Positions 34,211-43,745 of a DNA stretch of 64,000 nucleotides are shown piece after piece. The notes under the pieces are model-generated. The model was not told where the DNA came from and made no database searches. It saw nothing but the letters and a program-made list of their open reading frames with translations. The DNA comes from a virus. The stretch covers positions 45,251 to 109,250 of the IMG/VR virus record IMGVR_UViG_3300050821_003619; one strand, written 5' to 3'. The position numbers were made by a program, and so were the translations under genes. Position 1 is the stretch's first letter. Every line of letters starts with the position of its first letter.

Positions 34211-37200
34211 TTAACGCTTCATTCTTGCTTTCTTTATGATCGGTTCATTCGCACCGAAGTCAAAGCTTGTGTCTTCGGTTTCTCTTGGCTTGAAGAAGCT
34301 TTCTCTTTCGTCGGTTTTAACTCTGTCGAAGGGTCCGCTGTCTTTTGTCTGGGGGAGCTTGCCTCTTTGTTTTTCGAGACGCTTAGCAAGTTTCCCAATA
34401 CTGTTTTCAGTAGTAGGGCGCTCTCCTGCTGAGACTTCGGGTTTGCGCTCAATCTGTCTGAGGTGTTCATCAAGTTCTCCTAGATCAATTCCAAGGTCTG
34501 ATAATTGCTGGCGTACATGAGGATCGTGGGCCATCAAATCAGCAAAGTCCTCAGAATAATCTCGTACTCTTTCTGGAGACTTCTCACCATGTTCAGTTAA
34601 CGTCTTTGTAAAAGCCCAGATTGCAGCCTGAGCTTCGGCAGGTTCCCAACCTAATTCTTTAGCGGCTGCTCGTGTAAGAACCGACAAAGGATGGTATGAA
34701 TGGGATTTTCCTATAACCGTGCTAGCATCAGCAAAGGCTGCTTGCCAACCATCGTTGGTTACAGCATCCATGAATCCTTTCAAATTCTTAGCAAAGCTAG
34801 GAACTTTAAAGTTTTCATTCTTGCTAATATCAGGCCATAGTTCTTCGCCTTTAAGGGCACGCACTGCGTTGCCTACCTTGGCTTTTGGAAGCGCCAACTC
34901 TTGGTTAAGCATGGTCTCCAGAGGTTTACCCTCGGGACGGCCCATATCAACGTATTTAGACCAAGCATGCAGAGCTTCTTGCAGATTCATCTTCACAGAT
35001 TGCTGTGGAGACAAAGCAGCTACGAAGTCTGTAAACTTTTGGCGGTCACCCTCTTGGAAATAACGAGGAGCCGCTTTTACCAGTGAGTCAAAAGCTGCTT
35101 GACTACGCTGGTACCATTTACGTCCGCTTTCACCGGCCTTAGCAATATCAGCAAATTCTTGCACTGATGGAGCACTCATGATGTTCTTAATGAACTTATC
35201 ACGACTGTTCTCAGTCTTAAACTGCTCGCCTTCTTTCAGATGCTCTTTAGCTAAAGCCTCAGCTTCAGCTTTGGTGGTCTTTCCACCAGCTACAGAAGGT
35301 AGGTGTTCGCCGTTCTCAATCTGCTCAGGGGTAAACCCGGCAGACTTAAGTTCAGCGTCACTCATACGGGATGTCTGCATTGAAGCTTTAGGTGTACTCT
35401 TAGTCTCTCCAGAGAAATCGACTGGAATACTGAATGCCTCTCCACCAATCTTCGAGAAGTAGTCTTGGTTTTCTGCATCTTTGCCCGTGACAATTTTTGA
35501 ATCATCAATAGGTATAGTAGTGTCATTCTTTAGGTCATATAGACCCTTGGAAGTCATCACCGATGCTTGACCGTACTTCTCTCCTAAGGCTTTAATGTCC
35601 TTAGGGCTGATGTCAGGGATAAAGAACGAGTGCTCATGCTGGCCGGGAACGTCTTTTACGTGTCCCTCAACCGGCACCGGCTTGTAACCTTTATCTCTAA
35701 GTTCCTTTAAGAACTCCTGATTACGAGCTAGGTTGTCTTCATCAGACAGGCGCTCGTTGCCGGGGTTTTCAGCCGTTAACAATGCGTAGTTTTTGCCAGA
35801 CTTAATGTGATCGAATACTTTCTTGGCATCCGATGCATCACTCATAGCATAATCTGGAGGAATAGTCGCTTTCTGTTCAGGGAACGTATTGCTGTTCTTG
35901 AAGAACGATGAAGTTTGAGAACGAGTCTCATTCGTCATAGCGGGAACAGCTTCTGGACTCAAGGTTTGACGATGGGTTTTCCATGCGCCTTCTTCTCCCA
36001 ATTGAGAGAAGTCGTTGTCTCCAGATAGATGTCCAAAGATGTCGTGTACGGCCCTAAACATGGTATTATATGTTTCACCTGTCTTAGGGTCCACCTTAGC
36101 CATAGGATGGTCTTCAGGCAAAGAGTTACCGCCAGTGAACACCTTCAGTCTATGATTTTTCTCTACATCCTGCTTCATCTCTTCAAAGCTGCTATATGGG
36201 TCTTCCTCTTGAGGTTCAATACTGATTCCCATTTTCTTTTGGATGTAATTCCACTGCTTCTTTACATCATCAACCAAAGAATTATAGGATTTCTTAACCT
36301 CTGGGTTATCAGGTTCATGCTTGGCTTGGTCATAGGCATCAGCAATTCTGCTAGTATCCTTGCCTAGCTCTTGAGGCTTGGACCAATCTACGGGCTCTCG
36401 GCCTTCCTTCTTGTTGGCAGCTTCCACTAGCTTTGTTAAATCAGTTTGTGGCGGCTTAGGCATATTCTTGTCTGACTCTATAGTCTTAGATGCACCTTCA
36501 GTCACGTCAAACGGCGTAGCAACGGTTTTACGCTGCTTAATAGCCTCTTCAAGCTCCTTAGCTCCCAGAGGTGCCGTTCTTGGCGTAGCTCTACGCTCAG
36601 ACCCAACCGGTCTGGTTAAAGGTCTAGCACTAGCTCCAGAGTCGAGTATTGTCTCTTCTCCGTTTGGTCCAACTTGAACTATATGATCAAACTTGCCTGC
36701 AGTAGCATCTACAGCATCAGGTCCAATTAAAGGAACGGCGTTACCGGTTCTTGAATCTACTCTATAACGCTTAATTCCTTGGTTCTTCTCTGATGCTTGT
36801 CGATTAATGGCTTCTTGGCTGGCTGCGCTCTCTCCTGAAGCATTGTTGTTCACATTCTTCAGTTCATCCTTCATAGCCTGTGCAGTCTTGGCTACGTCAG
36901 ATAAAGATGCATCAGGTCCAAGAGCTTCTTTAGCCCTACGGAACAAATCTGTATCTAAATCAGCAGCTTCCTTAGTAAAAGGAGCGACTGCTGCACCTTG
37001 GCTACCGCCAGATACTGGAGGAAGGTGCTTGCCATCATCCACCATCTGAGCTAACTCTTCAGGAGTATGATTATTCAACAAGCGCTGGAACACTTCTTGA
37101 CGAGGGGTCTTGCCGCTCGCCTTAGGATTCTTGCCGCTTCCAATGGCTTCCTGACCCATGTCTTCACCAGCTGATATAGCCAGTTGACGTAGCTCAACTT

Positions 37201-39301
37201 GAGTAAGATTCAGAAGCTTCTCCATTGTCTCTGGACCGGCTCCTGCCTTCTGTAGTTCAGCTTTGTCTGGGCGGGATGAAAGCTTTGGTTCTCCTTCAAT
37301 AGTCTTCTCTTCCCCTGTTTCGTCTTGACCCATATCTCTCAGCGCGGTCTCCCATGCTTTTTGAGATTGTGTCTGTTCTTTTTCAGGAGGAAGTATTTCA
37401 CCTTCTGGTTTAGCAGGAATCTGCTCACGTAAAGGTTTGTTGCGTTCTAATTCTTGTCCTCCAAGACCCTCTCTGGTTAAATCACCAATCTTATTTACGG
37501 TCTTGGATACTGGAGCCTCGATAGGAGCATCATAGGCACCGGCAGCTTCTTTAGCCGGTACCATACGTGATCGGATATCTTCCACATTGTCGAATGCGGA
37601 CGAATCACCAACCTGACCGGGTAGCTGTAGAGGCTTACCCATGGTTCCACCATGAGGCAACTCATGTTGTCCTCCACGGATGGTAGGTATAGGTTCAGTA
37701 TCGAACCCTTTGTTCATTCTCACAGGAGCAATGCGCTCTGGGGCAACTTCACCGGATTTCTTGACGTTCTCTGGAACCTTTTCAGTTTCAGGTTGGTAAG
37801 CACCGGCAGCTTCTTTAGCCGGTACTAGCTTTTCTCTTATATCTTGCGCTTGTTCTGGGGCTTCCTTGCCATTCAGCGCTGTTTCATAATGAAACTGGGC
37901 TTCTTCTAAAGCTTTTTCAGCCTTTTCAAACGCCTTTTGTACGGCAGCAGGAGGTTGTACTCCTTGGTCCATAGATGCACGATAAGCTTCACGAGCATCA
38001 AACGCCTTCTGATAAGCAGAATTAGCTTTATCATAAGCGTCTTGCAGAACCTTCAACCCTTTATCTTCTTGTGGAACTGGTGCTTGCTCTTTAGGCTCAG
38101 TATATTCACCGGCAGCTTGCTTAGCAGGAACCAAATTCTGTCTTATCTGTTCCGCCGTAGCAGGGCTAGATGCCTGTGCTGTAGGCTCTGGAGCGGCCTG
38201 TGGAGTATGTATTGAATCACTCCACTGCGCTTTATCTATTGGAGCCTCTGGTTTAAAGTTGGTCATCTTAGGCACGCGTACTATAGGCTCAAATGGGCTC
38301 TTACCCATTGATTGAGCTATACCACTAGCAACGGTACCACCTGCGACTTCAGACGCTCCATGTGGTAATCCAATTTTTGGACCTAAGAAAGCTCCTGCTG
38401 CTCCACCTGCCACTGCCGGGGTGGACATACCCTCTACGGTGTGTCCCAGCATACGTACGGTCGGTGCTGCGGTTGTTTTTAATTTGTCTCTCACTACTTC
38501 AGGCACACCAGTGTGTCCCAGAGCCTTAGCTCCAAAGTATCCACTCAGACCTGCATCAGTAATCATTTGAGCACGCTGTTCAGGAGTGTACTTTCCCCAA
38601 TTATGTGCTAGATCGGCTGCTACGCCAATTGCGTGTGCGCCCATCTGTAAGCCAAACCCACCGGAAGCGATCTTGCTTAATACTGGGGCTACATCTCCTG
38701 CTCCACCACTAGCGATAGCGAGTATTGCCATTCTAGGATCAGCAAACCCTCCGGCAAATTCTCCTACGGCTCTGCCTGCTCCCCGGCTGATGCCCATAGC
38801 AAGAGGGTGTTCCTCTTCGGCTATTTGCTCAGGAGTCTGTGTAACAGGTTGAGGTTGAAACTGCGAACGCATAGGGTTAGAAAAATCTGTGCCAGTTGCT
38901 TTCTCAAAAGAGCGAATAGGATGACTTAGGATATCGGCACCAGTTACGGCTGCCTCTCCTACGTTAGCTCCTACTTCTCCTAAAGCTTGTGCGCCTTTTT
39001 GGCCTAATTCCTCAGACATGCGAATAGGGGCAGAGTCAGTTATAGACTTCATGAACCCTGTTGCACCCTGAGGCACAAGCTTACCAACCCAATGGTTCTC
39101 TTCTTGTGCTTCTTGGTGAGGGTACTTCGCAACGTTGGCTTTAGCTGTTTCCAACGCTGGATTATTAGGGGCAGGGAGAGCCTCCTCGGTCAGACCTTCA
39201 GGCACACCTTGCACGGATTGTGTATTTTGTTGAGGAATTTCTTCCTCTACCAAACCTTGTGGTACGCCTTGTACTTGTGTGCCTGCCATGATCTCTCCCA
39301 T
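34211..39301 (-). CDS. Large polyvalent (probably ejected) internal virion protein
   Basis: 1696 aa; N-terminal hydrophobic Gly/Ala region, low-complexity linkers, FRAVHDIFGH, LTAENP and WY..ALSP..VT.D.W..QAAIW domains; start may be ATG at 39289. Confidence 0.75.
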   Translation of the reverse strand: MGEIMAGTQVQGVPQGLVEEEIPQQNTQSVQGVPEGLTEEALPAPNNPALETAKANVAKYPHQEAQEENHWVGKLVPQGATGFMKSITDSAPIRMSEELGQKGAQALGEVGANVGEAAVTGADILSHPIRSFEKATGTDFSNPMRSQFQPQPVTQTPEQIAEEEHPLAMGISRGAGRAVGEFAGGFADPRMAILAIASGGAGDVAPVLSKIASGGFGLQMGAHAIGVAADLAHNWGKYTPEQRAQMITDAGLSGYFGAKALGHTGVPEVVRDKLKTTAAPTVRMLGHTVEGMSTPAVAGGAAGAFLGPKIGLPHGASEVAGGTVASGIAQSMGKSPFEPIVRVPKMTNFKPEAPIDKAQWSDSIHTPQAAPEPTAQASSPATAEQIRQNLVPAKQAAGEYTEPKEQAPVPQEDKGLKVLQDAYDKANSAYQKAFDAREAYRASMDQGVQPPAAVQKAFEKAEKALEEAQFHYETALNGKEAPEQAQDIREKLVPAKEAAGAYQPETEKVPENVKKSGEVAPERIAPVRMNKGFDTEPIPTIRGGQHELPHGGTMGKPLQLPGQVGDSSAFDNVEDIRSRMVPAKEAAGAYDAPIEAPVSKTVNKIGDLTREGLGGQELERNKPLREQIPAKPEGEILPPEKEQTQSQKAWETALRDMGQDETGEEKTIEGEPKLSSRPDKAELQKAGAGPETMEKLLNLTQVELRQLAISAGEDMGQEAIGSGKNPKASGKTPRQEVFQRLLNNHTPEELAQMVDDGKHLPPVSGGSQGAAVAPFTKEAADLDTDLFRRAKEALGPDASLSDVAKTAQAMKDELKNVNNNASGESAASQEAINRQASEKNQGIKRYRVDSRTGNAVPLIGPDAVDATAGKFDHIVQVGPNGEETILDSGASARPLTRPVGSERRATPRTAPLGAKELEEAIKQRKTVATPFDVTEGASKTIESDKNMPKPPQTDLTKLVEAANKKEGREPVDWSKPQELGKDTSRIADAYDQAKHEPDNPEVKKSYNSLVDDVKKQWNYIQKKMGISIEPQEEDPYSSFEEMKQDVEKNHRLKVFTGGNSLPEDHPMAKVDPKTGETYNTMFRAVHDIFGHLSGDNDFSQLGEEGAWKTHRQTLSPEAVPAMTNETRSQTSSFFKNSNTFPEQKATIPPDYAMSDASDAKKVFDHIKSGKNYALLTAENPGNERLSDEDNLARNQEFLKELRDKGYKPVPVEGHVKDVPGQHEHSFFIPDISPKDIKALGEKYGQASVMTSKGLYDLKNDTTIPIDDSKIVTGKDAENQDYFSKIGGEAFSIPVDFSGETKSTPKASMQTSRMSDAELKSAGFTPEQIENGEHLPSVAGGKTTKAEAEALAKEHLKEGEQFKTENSRDKFIKNIMSAPSVQEFADIAKAGESGRKWYQRSQAAFDSLVKAAPRYFQEGDRQKFTDFVAALSPQQSVKMNLQEALHAWSKYVDMGRPEGKPLETMLNQELALPKAKVGNAVRALKGEELWPDISKNENFKVPSFAKNLKGFMDAVTNDGWQAAFADASTVIGKSHSYHPLSVLTRAAAKELGWEPAEAQAAIWAFTKTLTEHGEKSPERVRDYSEDFADLMAHDPHVRQQLSDLGIDLGELDEHLRQIERKPEVSAGERPTTENSIGKLAKRLEKQRGKLPQTKDSGPFDRVKTDERESFFKPRETEDTSFDFGANEPIIKKARMKR

Positions 39302-41961
39302 TACTTAGTTGTTAATGCGTGATACTGTCCGTTTAAAGCGTAACCCTTTACGTTGCCTTTATCATCTTTATAGATGTGCGTTGCCCCGGCTGGAACTCCA
39401 GCGGGTACATTAGGTGGAGAATTAGGAGTTGCCTTTTTAGGCGTAACCGTTGTGCCACCCTTAGGGTTATTCTTTACTTCGGTGTTTTGTGCGTGCGTGC
39501 CAAAGTTCTTATCGATAGATTGGGTAGAAGTCTTCCAAACATCGTTTTGTTCTTTGATCATTTGATCCAGCAATCCACCAACTTCCTGCTTATAACCATC
39601 AGGCAATTGACCAGCGGAAAGTTTATCAGCATGCGCTGCTGCCCAACGATACATTGATCCTTGTGCAGGAGACAAAGCCTGAATTTCAATCGGGCTAAGT
39701 CTTCTTACTTTACCTTCTGTACTGATCATACCTAATGTGGTAAGCATAGGAATTACGTTGGCAGCAACGGTACTATCGTCTGCTGTTGCCAGAATATTCT
39801 TAATAGACTGGAACTGTGCGATAGCATTATTGTGCTCAGCATCAGCTTTTTGCTGAAGTTCGGCACCTTTTAGGCCGTACTCGCTGGCTTTAGCACTGTT
39901 CTGTACCAGCAATGCACGCTGTGTAGCATAGCCATTCTGAATTGCTTCTTTGGTTTTCCAAACAGGCAATCCACCTTGAGCTTTAGAAGCAACCTTCTTG
40001 CTCTCGTAATCCTGCATAGCCTTATCGTACTGTGTAGGATCATCTGGATCGAGACCCATGGTTTTAGCATGGTCAATAATTTCTCTACGTCTATCCGTAA
40101 GCTTCTGACCCTGTTGCGCCTGTTTTTGCATAAAGGCCAAGTCAGCCTCTGCTTGAGCACGCTCAGGTGAACCTTCTGGTAAGCTAAGAACCTTCTTAGT
40201 TTGAGCGTCGATTTGCTCAGGAAGCTTCTCGCGCTTTCCTCCAAGCTTAGCGTTTTCCAAATCTTGATTCTGTTTCTGGTATTCCGCTAAGTTTTGTTTT
40301 GCAGATTCATACTCTGGTGTACCCGGAGCGCTATGGTTCATACGGAAGGTCTCAAAGGCGATACCTTGCTTTGGGTCCTTAGGACGCCCAGCCATTGTAG
40401 CCTGAGCATTTTTCAAGCTAGTCTCAGCTTCTGATGCCTTTCCTGCTAAGCCTTGGGTGACTTGTTGTTGTCCACCCGCCTCTTGAGCATTCAAGTTCTC
40501 ACGGGTGCCGGGAATACGTTCAGTAATCGCGGGTCCAAGAACTACATCTGAAGCAATTTCTCCAGCTTGAGCTAGCCCATGACCTAGCTTACCGAAAAAA
40601 CCTTCGTGATTGCCGGGTTGTCCCCACGGATGCGCTTTATTAAGGTCAGCCAAGGCCATCTTAGCTTCACCGTACGCAACGTGATCGAACTTACCGTTAT
40701 TAAACTTTCCTTCAGCCGCGTCAACCATTTTCTGTTTTAACGCTGCTCTTTCACCTTCTAGCTTTTCACGCTCATTAGGTAGAGGTTGTGCCGAAGCAGT
40801 TGTGGCCATAGAGTTATGCTCTGGTTGAACTGGTTGTGCAGCGGCATTTGGGTCCTGTGGATTAGGCTGATCCTGTGGTTGTCCCATAGGAGCCATTTTT
40901 GGTGCAACAGGAGGAACTTTATTGCTTGCCGCACTCATCATAGCTGGCTGTTGTTCAGCAGATGCCTGTGTAGGTTCTGGTGAAACTCCACCTTTGCCGT
41001 CTGGCTGCGCTACGTCACCGTGCGCTCCTGCAGTAAACTGCTCAGTCGAAGGGTGCTCTGTGTCCATAGTAGGACGTACTGGAGGATTAGGCTGTTGTAG
41101 AATTGGTCCACCAAAATCTGCCGGTGCACCATGCTCAGTTTCATACTGTGCATTCTGTTCTGGAGTTAACACTCTCTCGCCTTCTTCCAATACCGCTAGC
41201 TGATGGTGTCCATCTTCTGGGTCATTCTTTACTGGCCCACCGTCATCGTAAATTGGAGCCATACGGGGCGAACCCAAAGGCTTCAAGTAAGATGACACAT
41301 CAATTCTCTTTTCACCGGGCTTATCACCATACTTAGCACTAGGATTAATCTTGTCAGATTCCGTGGATTCGTGGTGTACAGCCGTTTCTTGTTTAGGAGC
41401 AGTAGCGTTCTCGTACTCCTGAATGTTCTGATTCTTAGCCGCAATTCCAGCAGCGCTATCGTCATCTGGAACAACTACTTTTGATCCTACCTTACTAACC
41501 ACTCCACCATCATCCATAATAGGTGCAGTATTAGATAGACCAGACACTGGATACATACGTGTCTGTGCTCCTTGACCGGGCATAGAATTAGGATCAATAT
41601 CCCCTCCATCCTGCTGGGTAACTGGCTGCTTAGATGCAGGAGCCAAAGGAGTAGACATCATAGATGCTTCTAATGCTGAATCCGGTCTTTGCAGAGTAAG
41701 GTTAGACGTATCAGGTACGCCACCATCATCATACACTGGCAAACTCTTCATCTGAGTTGGTGCCAAATGAATATGAATCTGAGGCATACCCGATTCTTGT
41801 TCTTGTGGTGCTACATTGAACTTATTAGCACCTGTTTGAGTCATCTGGGTTGGTTCATCTTCAGATGGCTGAACTAAGTAACGTGGCGATGGCTGTTGAG
41901 GCTTCTTCTGCTCCTCTTCGGAGTCATCTTGGCCTATACTACGTAATTTTGGTACTGCCAT
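39301..41961 (-). CDS. Putative ejection/internal virion protein with DDGG repeats
   Basis: AGGAG SD; P(V/I)(Y/M)DDGG x3; AVLEEGERVLT; Q/P-rich then helical. Confidence 0.65.
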   Translation of the reverse strand: MAVPKLRSIGQDDSEEEQKKPQQPSPRYLVQPSEDEPTQMTQTGANKFNVAPQEQESGMPQIHIHLAPTQMKSLPVYDDGGVPDTSNLTLQRPDSALEASMMSTPLAPASKQPVTQQDGGDIDPNSMPGQGAQTRMYPVSGLSNTAPIMDDGGVVSKVGSKVVVPDDDSAAGIAAKNQNIQEYENATAPKQETAVHHESTESDKINPSAKYGDKPGEKRIDVSSYLKPLGSPRMAPIYDDGGPVKNDPEDGHHQLAVLEEGERVLTPEQNAQYETEHGAPADFGGPILQQPNPPVRPTMDTEHPSTEQFTAGAHGDVAQPDGKGGVSPEPTQASAEQQPAMMSAASNKVPPVAPKMAPMGQPQDQPNPQDPNAAAQPVQPEHNSMATTASAQPLPNEREKLEGERAALKQKMVDAAEGKFNNGKFDHVAYGEAKMALADLNKAHPWGQPGNHEGFFGKLGHGLAQAGEIASDVVLGPAITERIPGTRENLNAQEAGGQQQVTQGLAGKASEAETSLKNAQATMAGRPKDPKQGIAFETFRMNHSAPGTPEYESAKQNLAEYQKQNQDLENAKLGGKREKLPEQIDAQTKKVLSLPEGSPERAQAEADLAFMQKQAQQGQKLTDRRREIIDHAKTMGLDPDDPTQYDKAMQDYESKKVASKAQGGLPVWKTKEAIQNGYATQRALLVQNSAKASEYGLKGAELQQKADAEHNNAIAQFQSIKNILATADDSTVAANVIPMLTTLGMISTEGKVRRLSPIEIQALSPAQGSMYRWAAAHADKLSAGQLPDGYKQEVGGLLDQMIKEQNDVWKTSTQSIDKNFGTHAQNTEVKNNPKGGTTVTPKKATPNSPPNVPAGVPAGATHIYKDDKGNVKGYALNGQYHALTTK

Positions 41962-41976
41962 GAATTCTCCTTAGAC

Positions 41977-42633
41977 CTACTGCATTGCACCTTTGGCGTT
42001 CTTAGCGCCTTGTGTTAGAGCCGTAATAGTTGCGTTCATATTCTGCAACCAACCGCTCTTTCCAGCTTCAATCTCTGTATTAATGTCGTTAGTCTGTAGA
42101 CCCATTGCCTTAAGAGCAGCATCGGTATTAGTACCAAACAACGATTGCTCACCAGCCGCACCTTCTTGGTTAAGCTGCTTGGCCCCCATAACGTCTTGAG
42201 CCGCAATATTCTCGGACGTACCAGCGGCGTTCTTCATCTTGTCACGGGCTGCTTCTTGCAGACTCTTGGTTAGCGCGGTAGCGTTGTGGGTGGTCGCCGC
42301 ATTACGATTTAGAGCAGCTTGCTCTTCCCCGGCAACTCCACCTGCACCGGCACCGGCTGCTGTTAGTAGCTCATCGGTTTGTCCGGGTGTAAATAGATGC
42401 TCCGCTCCCATTTCTTGTTTAAAGAACGGGTTAAGAGTTTGTTGTCCTTGGTTAGCTAGGTTCTGATCATTAGCTGCCGTATTACCTGCTGTTGCTGCGG
42501 CATTTTTGGCTGCTGCTTGTGCAGCACGGTCGCACAAAGCCAAGGGTCCTTGATAATCAAAACCCTCTTCGTGTACTAGGGCGTATTTCTCTCCGTCCCA
42601 AATATACTCTAATTTAGTGTGTATTCTTGTCAT
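41977..42633 (-). CDS. Ala/Gly/Gln-rich DNA pilot/ejection-like protein
   Basis: N-terminal RIHTK...Y.GPLALC motif, then an A/Q/N-rich helix. Confidence 0.6.
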   Translation of the reverse strand: MTRIHTKLEYIWDGEKYALVHEEGFDYQGPLALCDRAAQAAAKNAAATAGNTAANDQNLANQGQQTLNPFFKQEMGAEHLFTPGQTDELLTAAGAGAGGVAGEEQAALNRNAATTHNATALTKSLQEAARDKMKNAAGTSENIAAQDVMGAKQLNQEGAAGEQSLFGTNTDAALKAMGLQTNDINTEIEAGKSGWLQNMNATITALTQGAKNAKGAMQ

Positions 42634-43055
42634 ATCCCTTTATCCCTAGTGTGTCTCGACCAAGAGTGCCAGCCGTCACGGTCCTTGGACCACCCTAGCT
42701 GTGTCATTCTCTTTGCAAAAAACTTATCAATATTCTCTGGTACCCAGCAGACACAAGTATCTATGCCTCTCGTCATGAGATCATGCATTGATTCTGCTTG
42801 TAGTGCTTGCAGGCCCAAAAACTTTTCTTCTGGTAGAGCCCAGTCTGAAGCGTCAGACCACAAATATGTTTCTACCTCTAATCTAAATCCCACAGCCTGT
42901 CTTACAACCCCGTCTACTTCTAATACTTTTTTGACTATGAAGAGGCGTGAATCAATGCATGGCATTTTGTAATCAATATTGGTAGACTCGTGTATCTTGG
43001 CTATTTGATCGAAATCTGAAGGCTTATATTCGCGTACAATGGCACCTTGGCTCAT
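42630..43055 (-). CDS. GNAT-like virion assembly protein
   Basis: IVREYKPSDFDQI start and LGW end; position between nozzle and ejection genes as for T7 gp13. Confidence 0.5.
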   Translation of the reverse strand: MSQGAIVREYKPSDFDQIAKIHESTNIDYKMPCIDSRLFIVKKVLEVDGVVRQAVGFRLEVETYLWSDASDWALPEEKFLGLQALQAESMHDLMTRGIDTCVCWVPENIDKFFAKRMTQLGWSKDRDGWHSWSRHTRDKGI

Positions 43056-43693
43056 TAGTGTTGTACCACGTTTCTTTTTGGTGCAGGTGCAGGACGAGTT
43101 AAAACGTCGCCTAAACCTTTTCCACCTTGTTGACCTGTTGTAGACGCTGTACCGCTACCAGTTGATGGTAGAAGAGACATTTTGCTGGTACCGGTCAATT
43201 GAATTCCTGTTGGATTGCTTAGTCCACCTAGCACTGTTGGTTCTGATGGATCGCTTCCTTGTGTCTGCGGGTAGCTACGCATATAGTACGTTACCGGCGC
43301 ACCGTTATTGTCCAGTGCTGGCAAATGCAAAAATCCTGATCTAGAACCGTTGTGTGGGACTACGTGTGGCTGAGTAAAATTTGGAGAAGTATCGATTTCG
43401 GTGAAATATTGTGTACCCTTGTGCACTTGTTGGTTATGTTCCAACGTCCAATGCAAATGCTCAGACGTAGTAGTTATAATGTTGGTGTTAGAACTAAATG
43501 TTCCTGCTACATTAATGGAATCTACTTTTGGAGGGGTAGGAAATAGTCCCACCGATGACACAGCCGCATTGTTGGCAGTAGTGTTTACAGCTTCAATTAT
43601 TCGGCGTAATATCTTGCCCAAGAATGCATCTTTTTGAGAAAGATATGTTAGTTCCGATCCACCTTCTAATTGCTGGTTTTTACCTTGCGCCAT
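43055..43693 (-). CDS. Hypothetical virion protein
   Basis: GAGGA SD before ATG at 43693; FnIII-like beta region. Confidence 0.65.
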   Translation of the reverse strand: MAQGKNQQLEGGSELTYLSQKDAFLGKILRRIIEAVNTTANNAAVSSVGLFPTPPKVDSINVAGTFSSNTNIITTTSEHLHWTLEHNQQVHKGTQYFTEIDTSPNFTQPHVVPHNGSRSGFLHLPALDNNGAPVTYYMRSYPQTQGSDPSEPTVLGGLSNPTGIQLTGTSKMSLLPSTGSGTASTTGQQGGKGLGDVLTRPAPAPKRNVVQH

Positions 43694-43707
43694 GAGTCCT
43701 CTCAAAT

Positions 43708-43737
43708 TAAATAACAAAGGGACGCCGAAGCGCCCCT
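43708..43737 (-). terminator. Intrinsic terminator after the nozzle gene
   Basis: AGGGGCG-CTTCGG-CGTCCCT-TTGTTATTT. Confidence 0.7.
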
Positions 43738-43745
43738 CTGTAAAG

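Noticed and set aside
41233-41258. DDGGP in the ejection protein as another copy of the secreted-peptide motif
   Set aside because: Lacks PLC and all Cys; belongs to the separate DDGG repeat
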